Shown: positions 35,573-48,146, counted from the stretch's first letter. The stretch: DNA of 64,000 nt from Macrostomum lignano (GCA_002269645.1 NIVC01000365.1:124001-188000); one strand, 5' to 3'. Numbers and translations: made by a program. The notes: generated by a model not told the origin, from the sequence alone.

Positions 35573-36937
35573 TTACACTAGAAATACACTGTATTGCACT
35601 GGAAGAATCCACGGCCGGATGGTACATTCGCACATCTCCCTCTGAGTTTAGTCCTTTTAAGTGAGATATTCAGAGACTTTTCTGTTCAGTTTGGCATCGC
35701 AGAGCGGGTCTGCCTGTAGTCTGTGCAACTTGCAATGGAGCTGGTGCTGCTGGTGGAGCCAACTTTTGATATGTGGGGGTGACTTGGTGAGATAACCCGC
35801 GACCTCGTTGGTGTCCAGATGCTTCTACTCCTACTAAGGACTGAAAACGGTTGCACATTGCGGTAGCATTGTGATACAGTTGCAGTGGAAATTTGGACGG
35901 TGAGTTAAGGCTTCAATTTCTAATATTCGTCTGTAGCAGGTGCTGCATGGTCACACTGCTCAATGGCGCAGATTTCGGCTTGGAAAAGCGTCTTACTCTC
36001 GCGGAAGATGGTGATACCCGCTCAAGCGCGGCTGTTGAACAGCGAGCAGTCAGTGAAGCAGTGGATGCTCTCCGCCACTTGAATGTCCGCATGAGCTCTT
36101 GCAAAAAAACATCGCGTGCAGGGGAACACGGCAATGACTGAGGATATTTCCGATTTCGGGGAAGCGGCAGAGGCAAGCGGAATATTCGAGGCCCGCATGG
36201 GCCTCACTGCACCTGCGCCTGTCATTGGCCAGCCCAATAAATCTCCCCATCATGCAGAGGAGCAATTCGATTCCGAAGGGCGCAGTTGAAGATCTTCCGC
36301 GCTCTTTGTTGGCTCTTTGTGCGCGCAGGCGGCCGGGACGACTGTCGGTCTGGACGGAATGTTGTTGTTTTCCTTTCCCGTGTTGCAGAAATTGCAGGCT
36401 GACGGGGTGAGGGGTTGGCGAACCGTCTGGGATCTCTTCTGCCCGATGACAGACCCTGATTACAGTGACATTAATTGACCCTGACCTCGGCTGTTTTCTA
36501 GAAACTTGCTAAACCTGTCATGTGATTTCATGCAGCCTGTCAGCCAGAGTTGACAGAGTGATTGGCCAATCGGAGTTGACAACCATCGGTCATGATAAGA
36601 GGGCTCCCTGCCGCTAAATTACGAGTATTTTACGTTTGAACAGAAACTGACATATTCATGTTTTACCTGGAAAACTAATTTTTACACATTAAACTGCCTA
36701 TACAAGTTTGACTGTGCACAGTTTTACAGGTATTTATGACTTTATAAACTTTTAATTGTTTGGCGCACCTTTTTATTGGTAATTAAGTGTGGAATGGGAC
36801 AGCTGTGAATTTCGTGAATTTCATGATTTCATGATAATGGGGTTCTATTTCCATCGATTATATGAATTTAAAAAGTCTCAAAAAATCTACTGTTACCACT
36901 GCAAGTAGAATTTGCTGTATTTCGCCTATTGTATTAA

Positions 36938-37320
36938 GGTGAGAGGGAGACTGGCTGGTGAGAGGGAGACTGGCTGGTGAGAGGGAGACTGGCTGGTGAG
37001 AGGGAGACTGGCTGGTGAGAGGGAGACTGGCTGGTGAGAGGGAGACTGGCTGGTGAGAGGGAGACTGGCTGGTGAGAGGGATACTGGCTGGTGAGAGGGA
37101 GACTGGCTGGTGAGAGGGAGACTGGCTGGTGAGAGGGAGACAGGTGTGGTGGAGCAGATGGGAGGGTGAGAGGGAGACAGGTGAGGTAGAGCAGATGGGA
37201 GGGTGAGAGGGAGACAGGTGAGGTGGAGCAGATGGGAGGGTGAGAGGGAGACAGGTGAGGTGGAGCAGATGGGAGGGTGAGAGGGAGACAGGTGAGGTGG
37301 AGCAGATGGGAGGGTGAGAG
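36938..37320. repeat. Adjacent 19-bp and 37-bp minisatellites sharing GAGAGGGAGAC
   Basis: Seen directly. Confidence 0.9.
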
Positions 37321-37429
37321 GCAGAGCATTAGCAGACTTTGGAGTCAATCCAATGCAAGGGATGAGATAAGAGGTGTCGGAACTGAAATCCTCCTAGCGC
37401 CACGGGTCATTGTCTCCTTCCGCGAGCTG

Positions 37430-40400
37430 CAACGAGGCGCAGCGGGTTGCCCGCGATCTCCCCGCGACCTCCTTGCCTAGCTTCATCTGCGCAAAAAACT
37501 GAGATTGGGATATTTTCCCTCTTTGAATTCTTCCCGATGCTCGCAGCGGGAGTCGTGAGCGCTCGCGGATCCCCACCTTCTCCGCCTCCCACCCGAACAA
37601 GCGATTTGCGGATTGTCAATTATGCAAATTCGAACTGCCACAACACAGATATTTTATCTCGATTGTCCCCGCAGCGAATTCCTGGGATAAAACTCCCCCC
37701 AACACCCCGACCTGTGCGGCAGGCGGCTCCCAAAGCCGATCGGTGCGGCGCTTCCCCTGCGGCTGGCGCAGTGGGGAAGAGGAGATCGGAGAGCTCAGCG
37801 GGGTCCCGAATTCCGGGTGCGCCTGCGGCACTCGGCCTTGGATGGGACTGGGGGTCAGGGGGCTCTGGCTGGGCGAGTGGTGACTGCAGAAACCGGAAAC
37901 TGCAGGGGTTGGAACTCCTGCTTACTGCTGCCACCCCGCTAATCCCTGCCCACCCGCTAATCCCTGCCACCCCCGCCTATCCCTGCCACCCCGCCTATCC
38001 CTGCCACCTCCGCTAATCCATGCCACCCCCGCTAATCCATGCCACCCCCGCTAATCCCTGCCACCTCCGCTAATCCCTGCCACCTCCGTTAATCCATGCC
38101 ACCTCCGCTAATCCCTGCCACCCCCGCTAATCATTGCCACCCCCGCTAATTCCTCCCACCTCCGCTAATTCCTGCCACCCCCGCTAATCCCTGCCACCCC
38201 CGCTAATCCCTGCCACCCCCGCTAATCCCTGCCACCCCCGCTAATCCCTGCCACCCCCGCTAATTCCTGCCACCCCTGATGATAATCCCTCTCACTTCGC
38301 TTGTCACCCTCCACCCTGCAGTCGCCTTGTAGTGTTAATAAACTATTCTGATTATTGCCATTGAGTGCTTGCCTGTTTCCTGGCTGCCAGCATGCGGGCT
38401 GACGCCGATCTCTCAAGCCTTTAATCGAACTCGAAAGCTCGAACTCGAAGATTCGAATCTCCCGCCCGATTTTGTCCGAGCCCCGGCCAGCCGCTGTAAA
38501 TCAATGCCGCTCAGCCGCTGCCGCATCCCCAGATCCCGCAGCTCCAGCATCCCTAGCGCCTCATCTTCCCTCCGCAGCCTCCCAGCCAGCCAGTGCAGCG
38601 GTCTGAACTGTTGCGCCATTCGAAGCTCGCGTCACCGTCGCCGTCTTCGCCCGGATACTCGGCACCTCGGCAAGCGAATAACAGCTGATCCCCATGCCTG
38701 ATAATTGGATAATTGGCCTCTGTTTACCTTGGCCGGCTTGGCAGGGTGGGGGTCCCTGACCACTGCCCTTCGGCACTTAGAACCGACTGCCTCTCACTTT
38801 GTCGTCTTGCTTAAAAGCTGCAAAAAGTGAATATTGTGAATTTCATTAATTCAAAGCAGGTCATTCATTTCATTTTTACTGCAAGCAAATGGGTCTGTGC
38901 TGACTGGAGGCTGTCAATCAATCATTTCGCTGATTGGAAGTGTCAAAAATCGATATGAGGCGAGGTGGAGTCTGGATGTCTGCTTCCCAGCAAACTCAAT
39001 CAGCGCCGCCCGCCCTGTCAGCCGCTCCAGACAGTCTTCTTTCCCATGAAGCAATTTCTGCAACACGGGAAAGGAAAACAACAGCAGCCGCCTGCGCGTA
39101 CAAAGAGCCAACAGAATCGTCTTTTGCTGACTGCGCCATGGCCCCAGCCTTAGAAAATATCCCAAATCAGATTGTCTTCCCACATGGCAATGTTTTTTGA
39201 TTGCCTGCCGGCTGCCCTGATGCCCGCTTTTTTATGACTGTTATATGAGCTGCGGCCGACACAGACAGTCAGACAATGGGAGGGCAGTGAGAAACTGGGC
39301 CTCTCTGGGTTTTCAAAGTTGAGGCGAGTGGCTGTGTGCACCCTGGCTGACACAGAGACAGTCAGACAATGGGAGGGCAGTGAGAAACTGGGCCTCTCTG
39401 GGTTTTCAAAGTTGAGGCGAGTGGCTGTGTGCACCCTGGCTGACACAGAGACAGTCAGACAATGGGAGGGCAGTGAGAAACTGGGCCTCTCTGGGTTTTC
39501 AAAGTTGAGGCGAGTGGCTGTGTGCACCCTGGCTGACACAGAGACAGTCAGACAATGGGAGGGCAGTGAGAAACTGGGCCTCTCTGGGTTTTCAAAGTTG
39601 AGGCGAGTGGCTGTGTGCACCCTGGCTGACACAGAGACAGTCAGACAATGGGAGGGCAGTGAGAAACTGGGCCTCTCTGGGTTTTCAAAGTTAGGGCGAG
39701 TGGCTGTGTGCACCCTGGCTGACACAGAGACAGTCAGACAATGGGAGGGCAGTGAGAAACTGGGCCTCTCTGGGTTTTCAATTTTTGGACTAGAATAAAT
39801 CGAAATAGAAAAAAAAAGTTTAGGGTGAACAGTATAGTGTTAAAAGCCAGTTGAGAATGTAAACAGCACAGCAAGAAATATGAAACACTGCTTTCAATTT
39901 GCTTCGCTTCATACTTGAAGAGTGTTTAAGCAACGGTTGTCACCAAGAGGCGAGGAGTAGTGGTCAGGGGACCCCCACCCTGCCAAGCCGGCCAAGGTAA
40001 ACAGAGGCCAATTATCCAATTATCAGGCATGGGGATCAGCTGTTATTCGCTTGCCGAGGTGCCGAGTATCCGGGCGGAGACGGCGACGGTGACGCGAGCT
40101 TCGAATGGCGCAACAGTTCAGACCGCTGCACTGGCTGGCTGGGAGGCTGCGGAGAGGAGATGAGGCGCTAGGGATGCTGGAGCTGCGGGATCTGGGGATG
40201 CGGCAGCGGCTGAGCGGCATTGATTTACAGCGGCTGGCCGGGGCTCGGACAAAATCGGGCGGGAGATTCGAATCTTCGAGTTCGAGCTTTCGAGTTCGAT
40301 TAAAGGCTTGAGAGATCGGTGTCAGCCCGCATGCTGGCAGCCAGGAAACAGGCTGGCACTCAATGGCAATAATCAGAATAATTTATTAAGAGTAGTAGGC

Positions 40401-41203
40401 GACTGCAGGGTGGAGGGTGATTAGCGGGGTGAGAGAGATTATCGGGGGTGGCAGTGATTAGCTGGGATGGCGGGGATTAGCGGAGGTCGCAGAGATTAGC
40501 GGAGGTGGCAGGGATTAGAGGGGGTGGCATGGATTAGCGGGGGTGGCAGGGATTAGCGGGGGGCAAGGATTAGCGGGGGGCAGGGATTAGCGGAGGTGGC
40601 ATGGATTAGCGGGGTGGCATGGATTAGTGGGGGGCAGGGATTAGCGAGGGTGGCAGGGATTAGCGAGGGTGGCAGGGATTAGCGAGGGTGGCAGGGATTA
40701 ATGGGGTGGCAGCAGTAAGCAGGAGATCCAACCCATGCAGTTTCCGGTTTCTGCAGTCACCACTCGCCCAGCCAGAGCCCCCTGACCCTCAGTCCCATCC
40801 AAGGCCGAGTGCCGCAGGCGCACCCGAAATTCGGGACTCCCGCTGAGCTCTCCGGTCTTCCCTTCCCCACTGCGCCAGCCGCAGGGGAAGCGCCGCACCG
40901 ATCGGCTTTGGGAGCCGCCTGCCGCACAGGTCGGGGTGTTGGGGGGAGTTTTATCCCAGGAATTCGCTGCGGGGACAATCGAGATAAAATATCAGTGTTG
41001 TGGCAGTTCGAATTTGCATAATTGACAATCCGCAAATCGCTTGTTCGGGTGGGAGGCGGAGAAGGCGGGGATCCGCGAGCGCTCGCGACTCCCGCTGCGA
41101 GCATCGGGAAGAATTCAAAGAGGGAAAATATCCCAATCTCAGTTTTTTGCGCAGATGAAGCTAGGCAAGGAGGTCGCGGGGAGATCGCGGGCGACCCGCT
41201 GCG
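37430..41203. mobile_element. Foldback-like element 1: ~1.3-kb inverted arms around a 1.2-kb spacer, candidate 9-bp TSD
   Basis: Arms ~37438-38764 and 39959-41203 are reverse complements, each with an internal 18-20-bp array. Direct repeat CGCGAGCTG at 37421-37429 and 41204-41212. No transposase ORF. Confidence 0.75.
39258..39781. repeat. 93-bp tandem repeat (~5.6 near-identical copies) in the foldback-1 spacer
   Basis: 31-aa periodicity in ORFs 39319..39798 and 39150..39725. Confidence 0.95.
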
Positions 41204-41719
41204 CGCGAGCTGGGCTGGGAGGTGGGGCGGTGCTAATGAGCCTGAGATAAATGGCTTTGGCGATTTTGTAAATACGATAACACAGCGGGGGGGCGGTGAT
41301 AGGTGGGGGCGGGCGACCTTGCAAGCCGATCTGTGGGACAAGTGGCTGCCACTTCAGCTATCAGATTGTCCCGCACAGCCTATCTTTCACTCTGCTAAGC
41401 TGTTGTTTAACTATCAGGTGTCGCAGTAAGCGGTTCGCGGTTCTTAAGTAACCCGCCTTCGAGTCCGCTGGTCCTTTAACTTTTATTGCTAAGACTTGTG
41501 TCCATGGCGACTGGGACCACTCGGCTGGACTGGCTCAGGTGTCAACTGTAAACACTGGGATTTCAATGGGATTTCAGCGCCACGGCCGCCTTTTTTATTA
41601 ATCCTTCGAGTAGTTTAAAACTTTTTTTGTGGACACTTTGGGTTTGGGGCCGGCTTTGATTTCACGCCAAGGCAACTACCCTTGTTGGGCGATAAGCGCG
41701 CGTTATGCTAGATTTAGGC

Positions 41720-42665
41720 CCCAATTTAGCGCCTCAGCCATGCTTTTAGCGCCTCAGCCAAAATTTTAGCCCCATTTTAGCGCCTCAGCCATGCTTTTAG
41801 CGCCTCAGCCATGCTTTTAGCGCCTCAGCCATGCTTTTAGCGCCTCAGCCATGCATTTAGCGCCTCAGCCAAAATTTTAGCCCCATTTTAGCGCCTCAGC
41901 CATGCTTTTAGCGCCTCAGCCATGCTTTTAGCGCCTCAGCCATGCTTTTAGCGCCTCAGCCATGCTTTTAGCGCCTCAGCCAGAATTTTAGCCCCATTTT
42001 AGCGCCTCAGCCATGCTTTTAGCGCCTCAGCCATGCTTTTAGCGCCTCAGCCAAAATTTTAGCCCCATTTTAGCGCCTCAGCCATGCTTTTAGCGCCTCA
42101 GCCATGCATTTAGCGCTTCAGCCATGCATTTAGCGCCTCAGCCATGCATTTAGCGCCTCAGTCATGCATTTAGCGCCTCAGCCATGCATTTAGCGCCTCA
42201 GCCAAAATTTTAGCCCCATTTTAGCGCCTCAGCCATGCTTTTAGCGCCTCAGCCAAGATTTTAGCGCCTCAGCCATAATCTTACTGCCTCAGCCAAGATT
42301 TTAGCGCCTCAGCCAAGATTTTAGCGCCTCAGCCAAGATTTTAGCGCCTCAGCCAAGATTTTAGCGCCTCAGCCAAGATTTTAGCGCCTCAGCCAAGATT
42401 TTAGCGCCTCAGCCAAGATTTTAGCGCCTCAGCCAAGATTTTAGCGCCTCAGCCAAGATTTTAGCGCCTCAGCCAAGATTTTAGTGCCTCAGGAAAGATT
42501 TTAGTGCCTCAGGAAAGATTTTACCGCCATTTTAGCGCCTCAGCCAAGATTTTAGCGCCTCAGCCAAGATTTTAGCGCCTCAGCCAAGATTTTAGCGCCT
42601 CAGGCATGATTTTAGCGCCTCAGGCAATATTTTAGCCCCTCATCCAAGATTTTAGTGCCTCAGGC
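41720..42665. repeat. 20-bp minisatellite (TTTTAGCGCCTCAGCCATGC / ...CCAAGA)n
   Basis: Seen directly, downstream of myoD. Confidence 0.95.
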
Positions 42666-43084
42666 GTTTTACACTGAGTCTAATATCTAAAAAAACTGAA
42701 TCTAAAAATTAAATAAAGACAAAGAAAGATAGGATGAATGAATTTCATGGCATAAATTTTATTTTTATCGCTGCATTTCACCTTCAGTTTGTGCGTTTTG
42801 TTTTACAGGTTATATTTTCAATTTCGCGGAGTCAGACAGGAAGACGAAATCAATAATGCTTCATCAATACTTATTAATTACGATTAACTAACCGGCACAC
42901 TGCGGCTCTGTACACAGGTGGTAGGGTTTAATCAAGAAGGAGAGTGTAGGGGAATAGCAAGTTAATTATTCAAAGATTGCACTGCAGTTATGTACAGGGA
43001 AGAATTCCTGCAACCTGGAGACTGCAGCAATGGCCAAAATATCAAATTTCAGTATTGTTGAGAGTCAGAGCGCATCTGCTTGGG

Positions 43085-45764
43085 TCAGTTGGCCGCCTCC
43101 AGGTGGGTGAGCAGGGTCGGATTGGTCTTCGGCGAGATGTTCTCAACGATGGAGCTCAGCCGGTCGAGGCTGCTCACCTCCTCGGGCGCGGAGCCGCCGC
43201 AGTCGAAGCCTGGAATTTGAAATGCCGCCAATGTCGTAACGTGTCGTAATTGATTTTCCAAGAAAGCATGCGGGGTTGCTACTTGAGACCCCCCTGTGCC
43301 CTGGGGCGACTCCAGTCCTCATGGACTCTTGAATCGCGCGATAACCCCCCCCCCTGCAAAACGTGTCCGACTCTGACCGCTGAAGGACCCGGGTTCGAAT
43401 CCGTGCGCGGTCACATTCATTCAGGGCTTGTACAGTTCACGCAAGTCGATTAGAAAGTCGGGGCAGCTGTGCACCCTGTGTGAGTGCGTGTTTGAGTCCG
43501 TGCCCCTGGAAGCTTAACTAACTAACGTGGGAGAGGGATTCGAACCCAGGGACAGAAAATGAACCCACATTGGCATCGAATTTCATGACATCGAGTACTT
43601 TGAAAGACTCACCCACGGACATGTAGGCGTCGTGTCGCCGGGACTTCCACTGTGAGGCATCGCCACCGCCTTCTTCAACATCCTCCTCGTCTTCTTCTTC
43701 TTCATCATCCTCGTCATCCTCGTCGCCATCCTGATCCATCCTGGCATCGAGGGAGTCCTCGGCGCCGCCTTTGCCTTTGGGTTTGCCCGACTTGTAGCCG
43801 ACGTCCAGCCCGACGCCGCCGAGGTCGCAGGAGATTTTTGCCACGGACTTGCCGGTCCGGTGCAGCATGTCCTCCAGGCACTCGATGTACTCGATGGCCT
43901 GGCGCAGGATCTCCACCTTGGGCATGCGCTGGCTCGGGTTGGCGCTGGTCCGGCGTTTCAGCGCCTCGAACGCGTCGTTGACTTTGCGCAGCCGACGGCG
44001 CTCGCGCATCGTGGCGGCCTTGCGCCGGTCCACCGTGATGGTCTTCTTCTTGCAGGCCTTGCAGGCCCACAGCAGGCACTTGCCGTGGCCGCCCGGGGCC
44101 ACCACATGCTCCTCCTGTGATGGCGAATGGCATGTCGAATCAGTGAGCAGCTGAGGGTTTGAGCTGCTTATCAGTGAGCAGCTGAGGGTTTGAGCTGCTT
44201 ATCAGTGAGCAGCTGAGGGTTTGAGCTGCTTATCAGTGAGCAGCTGAGGGTTTGAGCTGCTTATCAGTGAGCAGCTGAGGGTTTGAGCTGCTTATCAGTG
44301 AGCAGCTGAGGGTTTGAGCTGCTTATCAGTGAGCAGCTGAGGGTTTGAGCTGCTTATCAGTGAGCAGCTGAGGGTTTGAGCTGCTTATCGTGAGCAACTG
44401 AGGGTTTGAGCTGCTTATCGTGAGCAACTGAGGGTTTGGGCGGACTTTTTAAGTACGCGTGGTACTTTTAAGTTTTAAATAGAAGTCATTGGGATTTCTT
44501 ACCTTGTGACCGGCATTCGGACACACCGGCAGCGGGGTCTGATGCTGCAGCTCTTCACTTTGATGCTGCTGAGGCTGCTGCTGAACTTCCAGTGAGTCAG
44601 CGGTGCCAGCGGTGGCAGCAGCTGGCAGGAGCTTTCGTGGAGGTTTCGCGTCGATGTCAACTGAATGAGCAACCGAGGTGGCCGCGCCAGTGGCGGCAGC
44701 CTTTGAAGTTGCCGACGTTGAAGTGGCGACGATGCAGTCCGCGGACTTCCTGTCAGTTGGCTGCTGCTGCAGCTGCTGCTGGTGCTGCTGGTGCTGGTGC
44801 TGAGGGTTCAGCTGCGCCTGGCTCTGGTGCTGATGATGCTGCTGCTGCACCTGATGCTGCTGCAACTGCTGCTGAGGCTGCTGCAGGTTAATCAAAGAGC
44901 CGCCGATCGTGGGCGAATGGCCGAACTTCGGGCTTAGCGAGCTGAGAGAGCTCGAATAGGAGTTGGCGGGGCTCATGTAGCTCCCCACCGCTGCGTATCC
45001 GCCTGCGTAGGCGGCCGCGGCTGCCGGGGCGCCGTAGAACATGTCCGGCTGTGGGGGGAGCGGAGTAGATTCTCAGGTGAGTGAGGGTAGATTCTCAGGT
45101 GAGTGAGGGTAGATTCTCAGGTGAGTGAGGGTAGATTCTCAGGTGAGTGAGGGTAGATTCTCAGGTGAGTGAGGGTAGATTCTCAGGTGAAGAGAGGGTA
45201 GGCTCTCAGGTGAAGAGGGGTAGGCTCTCAGGTGAAGAGAGGGTAGACTCTCAGGTGAGTGAGGGTAGGCTCTCAGATGAAGAGAGGGTAGGTTCTCAGG
45301 TGAGTGATGTTCCTGATAACTGGTGTACCATACTAGTCATATAATATATTAGTATACTGTAATGCACACATACGGAGGCCGAGCACCCACACCCTTACCT
45401 GTTGATAGCCTCTGCCATAGTAAGTCCCATAGTAGTCTGCAGATCCGTACAGGTAGGAGTTGATGGCGACCTGGCCGGGCGGCTGAGCAGCATTGTTGCC
45501 CTGGTGGCCGCAGCTACTTATAGATGCAGCTGCCGCAGCTGCCGCAGCCGCCGCAGCCGCCGCTGCCACCCCGCCGCCGCCGCCTCCTCCTCCGCAGCTG
45601 AGCGGGTCATGCTGCTGCTGCTGCTGCTGCTGCAGAGGACAAGCTGACAGGCCGGCCGCAGCTGCTTGGTTGGCAGCGCAGCCGTTTGTGAGAACAGTTG
45701 TTGAGGATGAGGGATCGCAGGGGAAATAGCCCTGGCCGGCATAGGCGGATTGACAATCGCGCAT
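43085..45764 (-). CDS. myoD: Myogenic bHLH transcription factor (MyoD/nautilus family), 4 exons, ~512 aa
   Basis: Exons 45764-45399, 45048-44503, 44114-43613 and 43209-43085 (phases 0,0,1). Contains the Cys/His motif [21 protein letters not shown], the basic-[29 protein letters not shown]...[20 protein letters not shown] and helix [17 protein letters not shown]. Confidence 0.95.
44140..44437. repeat. 31-bp minisatellite in myoD intron 2, each unit with an E-box
   Basis: TCAGTGAGCAGCTGAGGGTTTGAGCTGCTTA x8 (CAGCTG) plus 2 units with CAACTG. Confidence 0.95.
45067..45307. repeat. 22-bp minisatellite in myoD intron 1, units with CAGGTG
   Basis: AGATTCTCAGGTGAGTGAGGGT-type, about 11 units. Confidence 0.95.
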
Positions 45765-45954
45765 GGCTTGGCGCGGATGGGGGGACAGAGCGGGGCGACA
45801 GGAGGCTGCGCGAGAGACAGGCGGTCGGCCGGCTCTGCTGACTTTTTTTCTTCTTTTGCTCGGGAGTCTCGGAAACGCTCTCTCGTCAGCTGCTGCTGCT
45901 CAGAGGAAGCTGCTTGGGCAGTTGTTGCAGGCGGCTGGCGACATTTGCTGCCAT

Positions 45955-46055
45955 ACATTATAGCCGGCCAGAGGGGAGGCGGACGGCGCTGCAGTTGATG
46001 ATCCATTGGCCGGCTGTGGCCCGCCTGTCGGGCTCGGCCGCCTGCAATTGGCTGC
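45955..46055 (-). promoter_or_regulatory. Possible myoD core promoter
   Basis: Minus-strand CCAAT at 46051-46047 and 46009-46005, and TATAA at 45962-45958, about 200 bp upstream of the ATG. Motif match only. Confidence 0.3.
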
Positions 46056-46347
46056 TGGGCCCTGCTGGACCCCGTGGTGAAAATGGATCCTTGATCCCCT
46101 GTCTCCTTGGCGGAGCGGGGGAGTTGGGGCTAATGGGATATTCGGGTAGGCTGGGAAATCAATGTCTGTAGCTGCGCCTGCCGGAGATTTTTACACTTGA
46201 CTGCCTTCTGCTCTTTGCCTGGCGTCTTTTGCTTTACGAAATTGGCAAAATCTTATGATGACTGACTGACAGCGGCCAGCCTGCCTTGGCACATCCTGTG
46301 ACTGAACGGACTCGCCTCTTTAATACTGTCACCATTTTCATTATTGC

Positions 46348-47216
46348 TCCCCACTGTCACTGCCCCCGTTGTCAGTCCCTCTTTCACCCCCACTGTCAGT
46401 CCCTCTTTCACCCCCACTGTCACTCCCTCTTTCACCCCCACTGTCACTCCCTCTTTCACCCCACTGTCACTCCCTCTTTCACCCCCACTGTCACTCCCTC
46501 TTTCACCCCCACTGTCACTCCCTCTTTCACCCCCACTGTCACTCCCTCTTTCACCCCCAATGTCACTCCCTCTTTCACCCCCAATGTCGCTCCCTCTTTC
46601 ACCCCCACTGTCACTCCCTCTTTCACCCCCACTGTCACTCCCTCTTTCACCCCCACTGTCACTCCCTCTTTCACCCCCAATGTCACTCCCTCTTTCACCC
46701 CCAATGTCGCTCCCTCTTTCACTCCCACTTTCACTCCCTCTTTCACCCCACTGTCACTCCCTCTTTCACCCCACTGTCACTCCCTCTTTCACCCCACTGT
46801 CACTCCCTCTTTCACCCCACTGTCACTCCCTCTTTCACCCCACTGTCACTCCCTCTTTCACCCCCACTGTCACTCCTACTTTCACCCTCACAATCACCCT
46901 CACCCTCATCTACCCTCAATGTCCCCCCCTCTTTCACCCCACTGTCACCTCCTTTTTTTTTACTCCCACCTTCACTCCCTCTTTCACCCCCACTGTCACT
47001 CCCTCTTTCACCCCCACTGTCACTCCCTCTTTCACCCCCAATGTCACTCCCTCTTTCACCCCACTGTCATTCCCTCTTTCAGCCCCACTGTTACTCCCTC
47101 TTTCACCCCCAATGTCACTCCCTCTTTCAGCCCCACTGTTACTCCCTCTTTCACCCCCAATGTCACTCCCTCTTTCACCACGTTATCACTCCCGCTTTCA
47201 CCCCCACTGTCACTCC
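46348..47216. repeat. ~24-bp minisatellite (CACTGTCACTCCCTCTTTCACCCC)n
   Basis: Seen directly; source of the TVTPSFTP and PLSLPLSP ORFs. Confidence 0.95.
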
Positions 47217-47792
47217 CATTTTCCAACACGGAGGCCAAGTCCCAGAAAGATTTTATCAAAGATTTTGCTAATACGAGCAAGTTTACGAACAGTTTCACAG
47301 GTTTAATTTTTCATTTTTGCAGCAAACTGGTTCCGCGCCATTGGCGTTCGAATTCACGTCATGCACTTCGAATGAAAGTTCACAGACCAACCTGTCAAAT
47401 TTGATGCAGATTTTGTGGGCAAATTTCTAGCATTCATTCAAAACAAAAGACTATAGGCTTAATAGAATCCCAAAATTGATGGGATATTTGCATAAGGATA
47501 TTATTTCTGGAGTTGCGTCATTTGCAACTTTTTTATAGCAGACAGGTTAAAAATTGTTTGCTACGGTAAATGAAGCCCTGCGACCTCGCCTGCCCACCCG
47601 CCGCGCGAGACCGCGCACTGGACGAATGTGGGCCTCGCCAATCCCAGCGGGGGGGGGGCCGAGTCGGCCGGAACTCGAAAGCCGTTTAGGTTTAGCTGTC
47701 CGCTCAGTGCGATTCTGCCATTTTGGATGCGTTGGTTCGAATCTGCCCGACTGCCGTTGCGGGGTGTCCTTCTTAGCGAAATGTTGCGCAGA

Positions 47793-48146
47793 GTCAGACA
47801 GATGGGAGAGTCAGACAAGATGAGAGAGTTAGACAAGATGGGAGAGTCAAACAAGATAGAAGAGTCAGACAAGATAGAAGAGTCAGACAAGATAGAAGAG
47901 TCAGACAAGATAGAAGAGTCAGACAAGATAGAAGAGTCAGACAAGATAGAAGAGTCAGACAAGATAGAAGAGTCAGACAAGATAGAAGAGTCAGACAGTT
48001 AGCAGAGTCAGAATCAGGGGGAGTCAGAATCACTGGGAGAGTCAGACAGAATCAGGGGGAGTCAGAATCACTGGGAGAGTCAGACAGAATCAGGGGGGGG
48101 GGGGTCAGAATCACTGGGAGAGTCAGACAGAATCAGGGGAAGTCAG
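47793..48146. repeat. 18-bp minisatellite (AGAAGAGTCAGACAAGAT)n and a derived longer unit
   Basis: Seen directly. Confidence 0.9.

Noticed and set aside
35657-36140. Possible exons (minus-strand KHLDTNEVAGYLTK...SEYLT*; plus-strand ORF 35893..36141)
   Set aside because: Weak acceptor, no partner exons, no recognisable homology.
12086-39781. CRISPR-like arrays
   Set aside because: Units are head-to-tail with no unique spacers, there are no cas genes, and the context is eukaryotic.
37394-41341. Duplicated ORFs of 60-190 aa in the foldback arms (also 48854-53734)
   Set aside because: They mirror each other only because of the inversion; no transposase or other motifs, and indels between arms shift frames.
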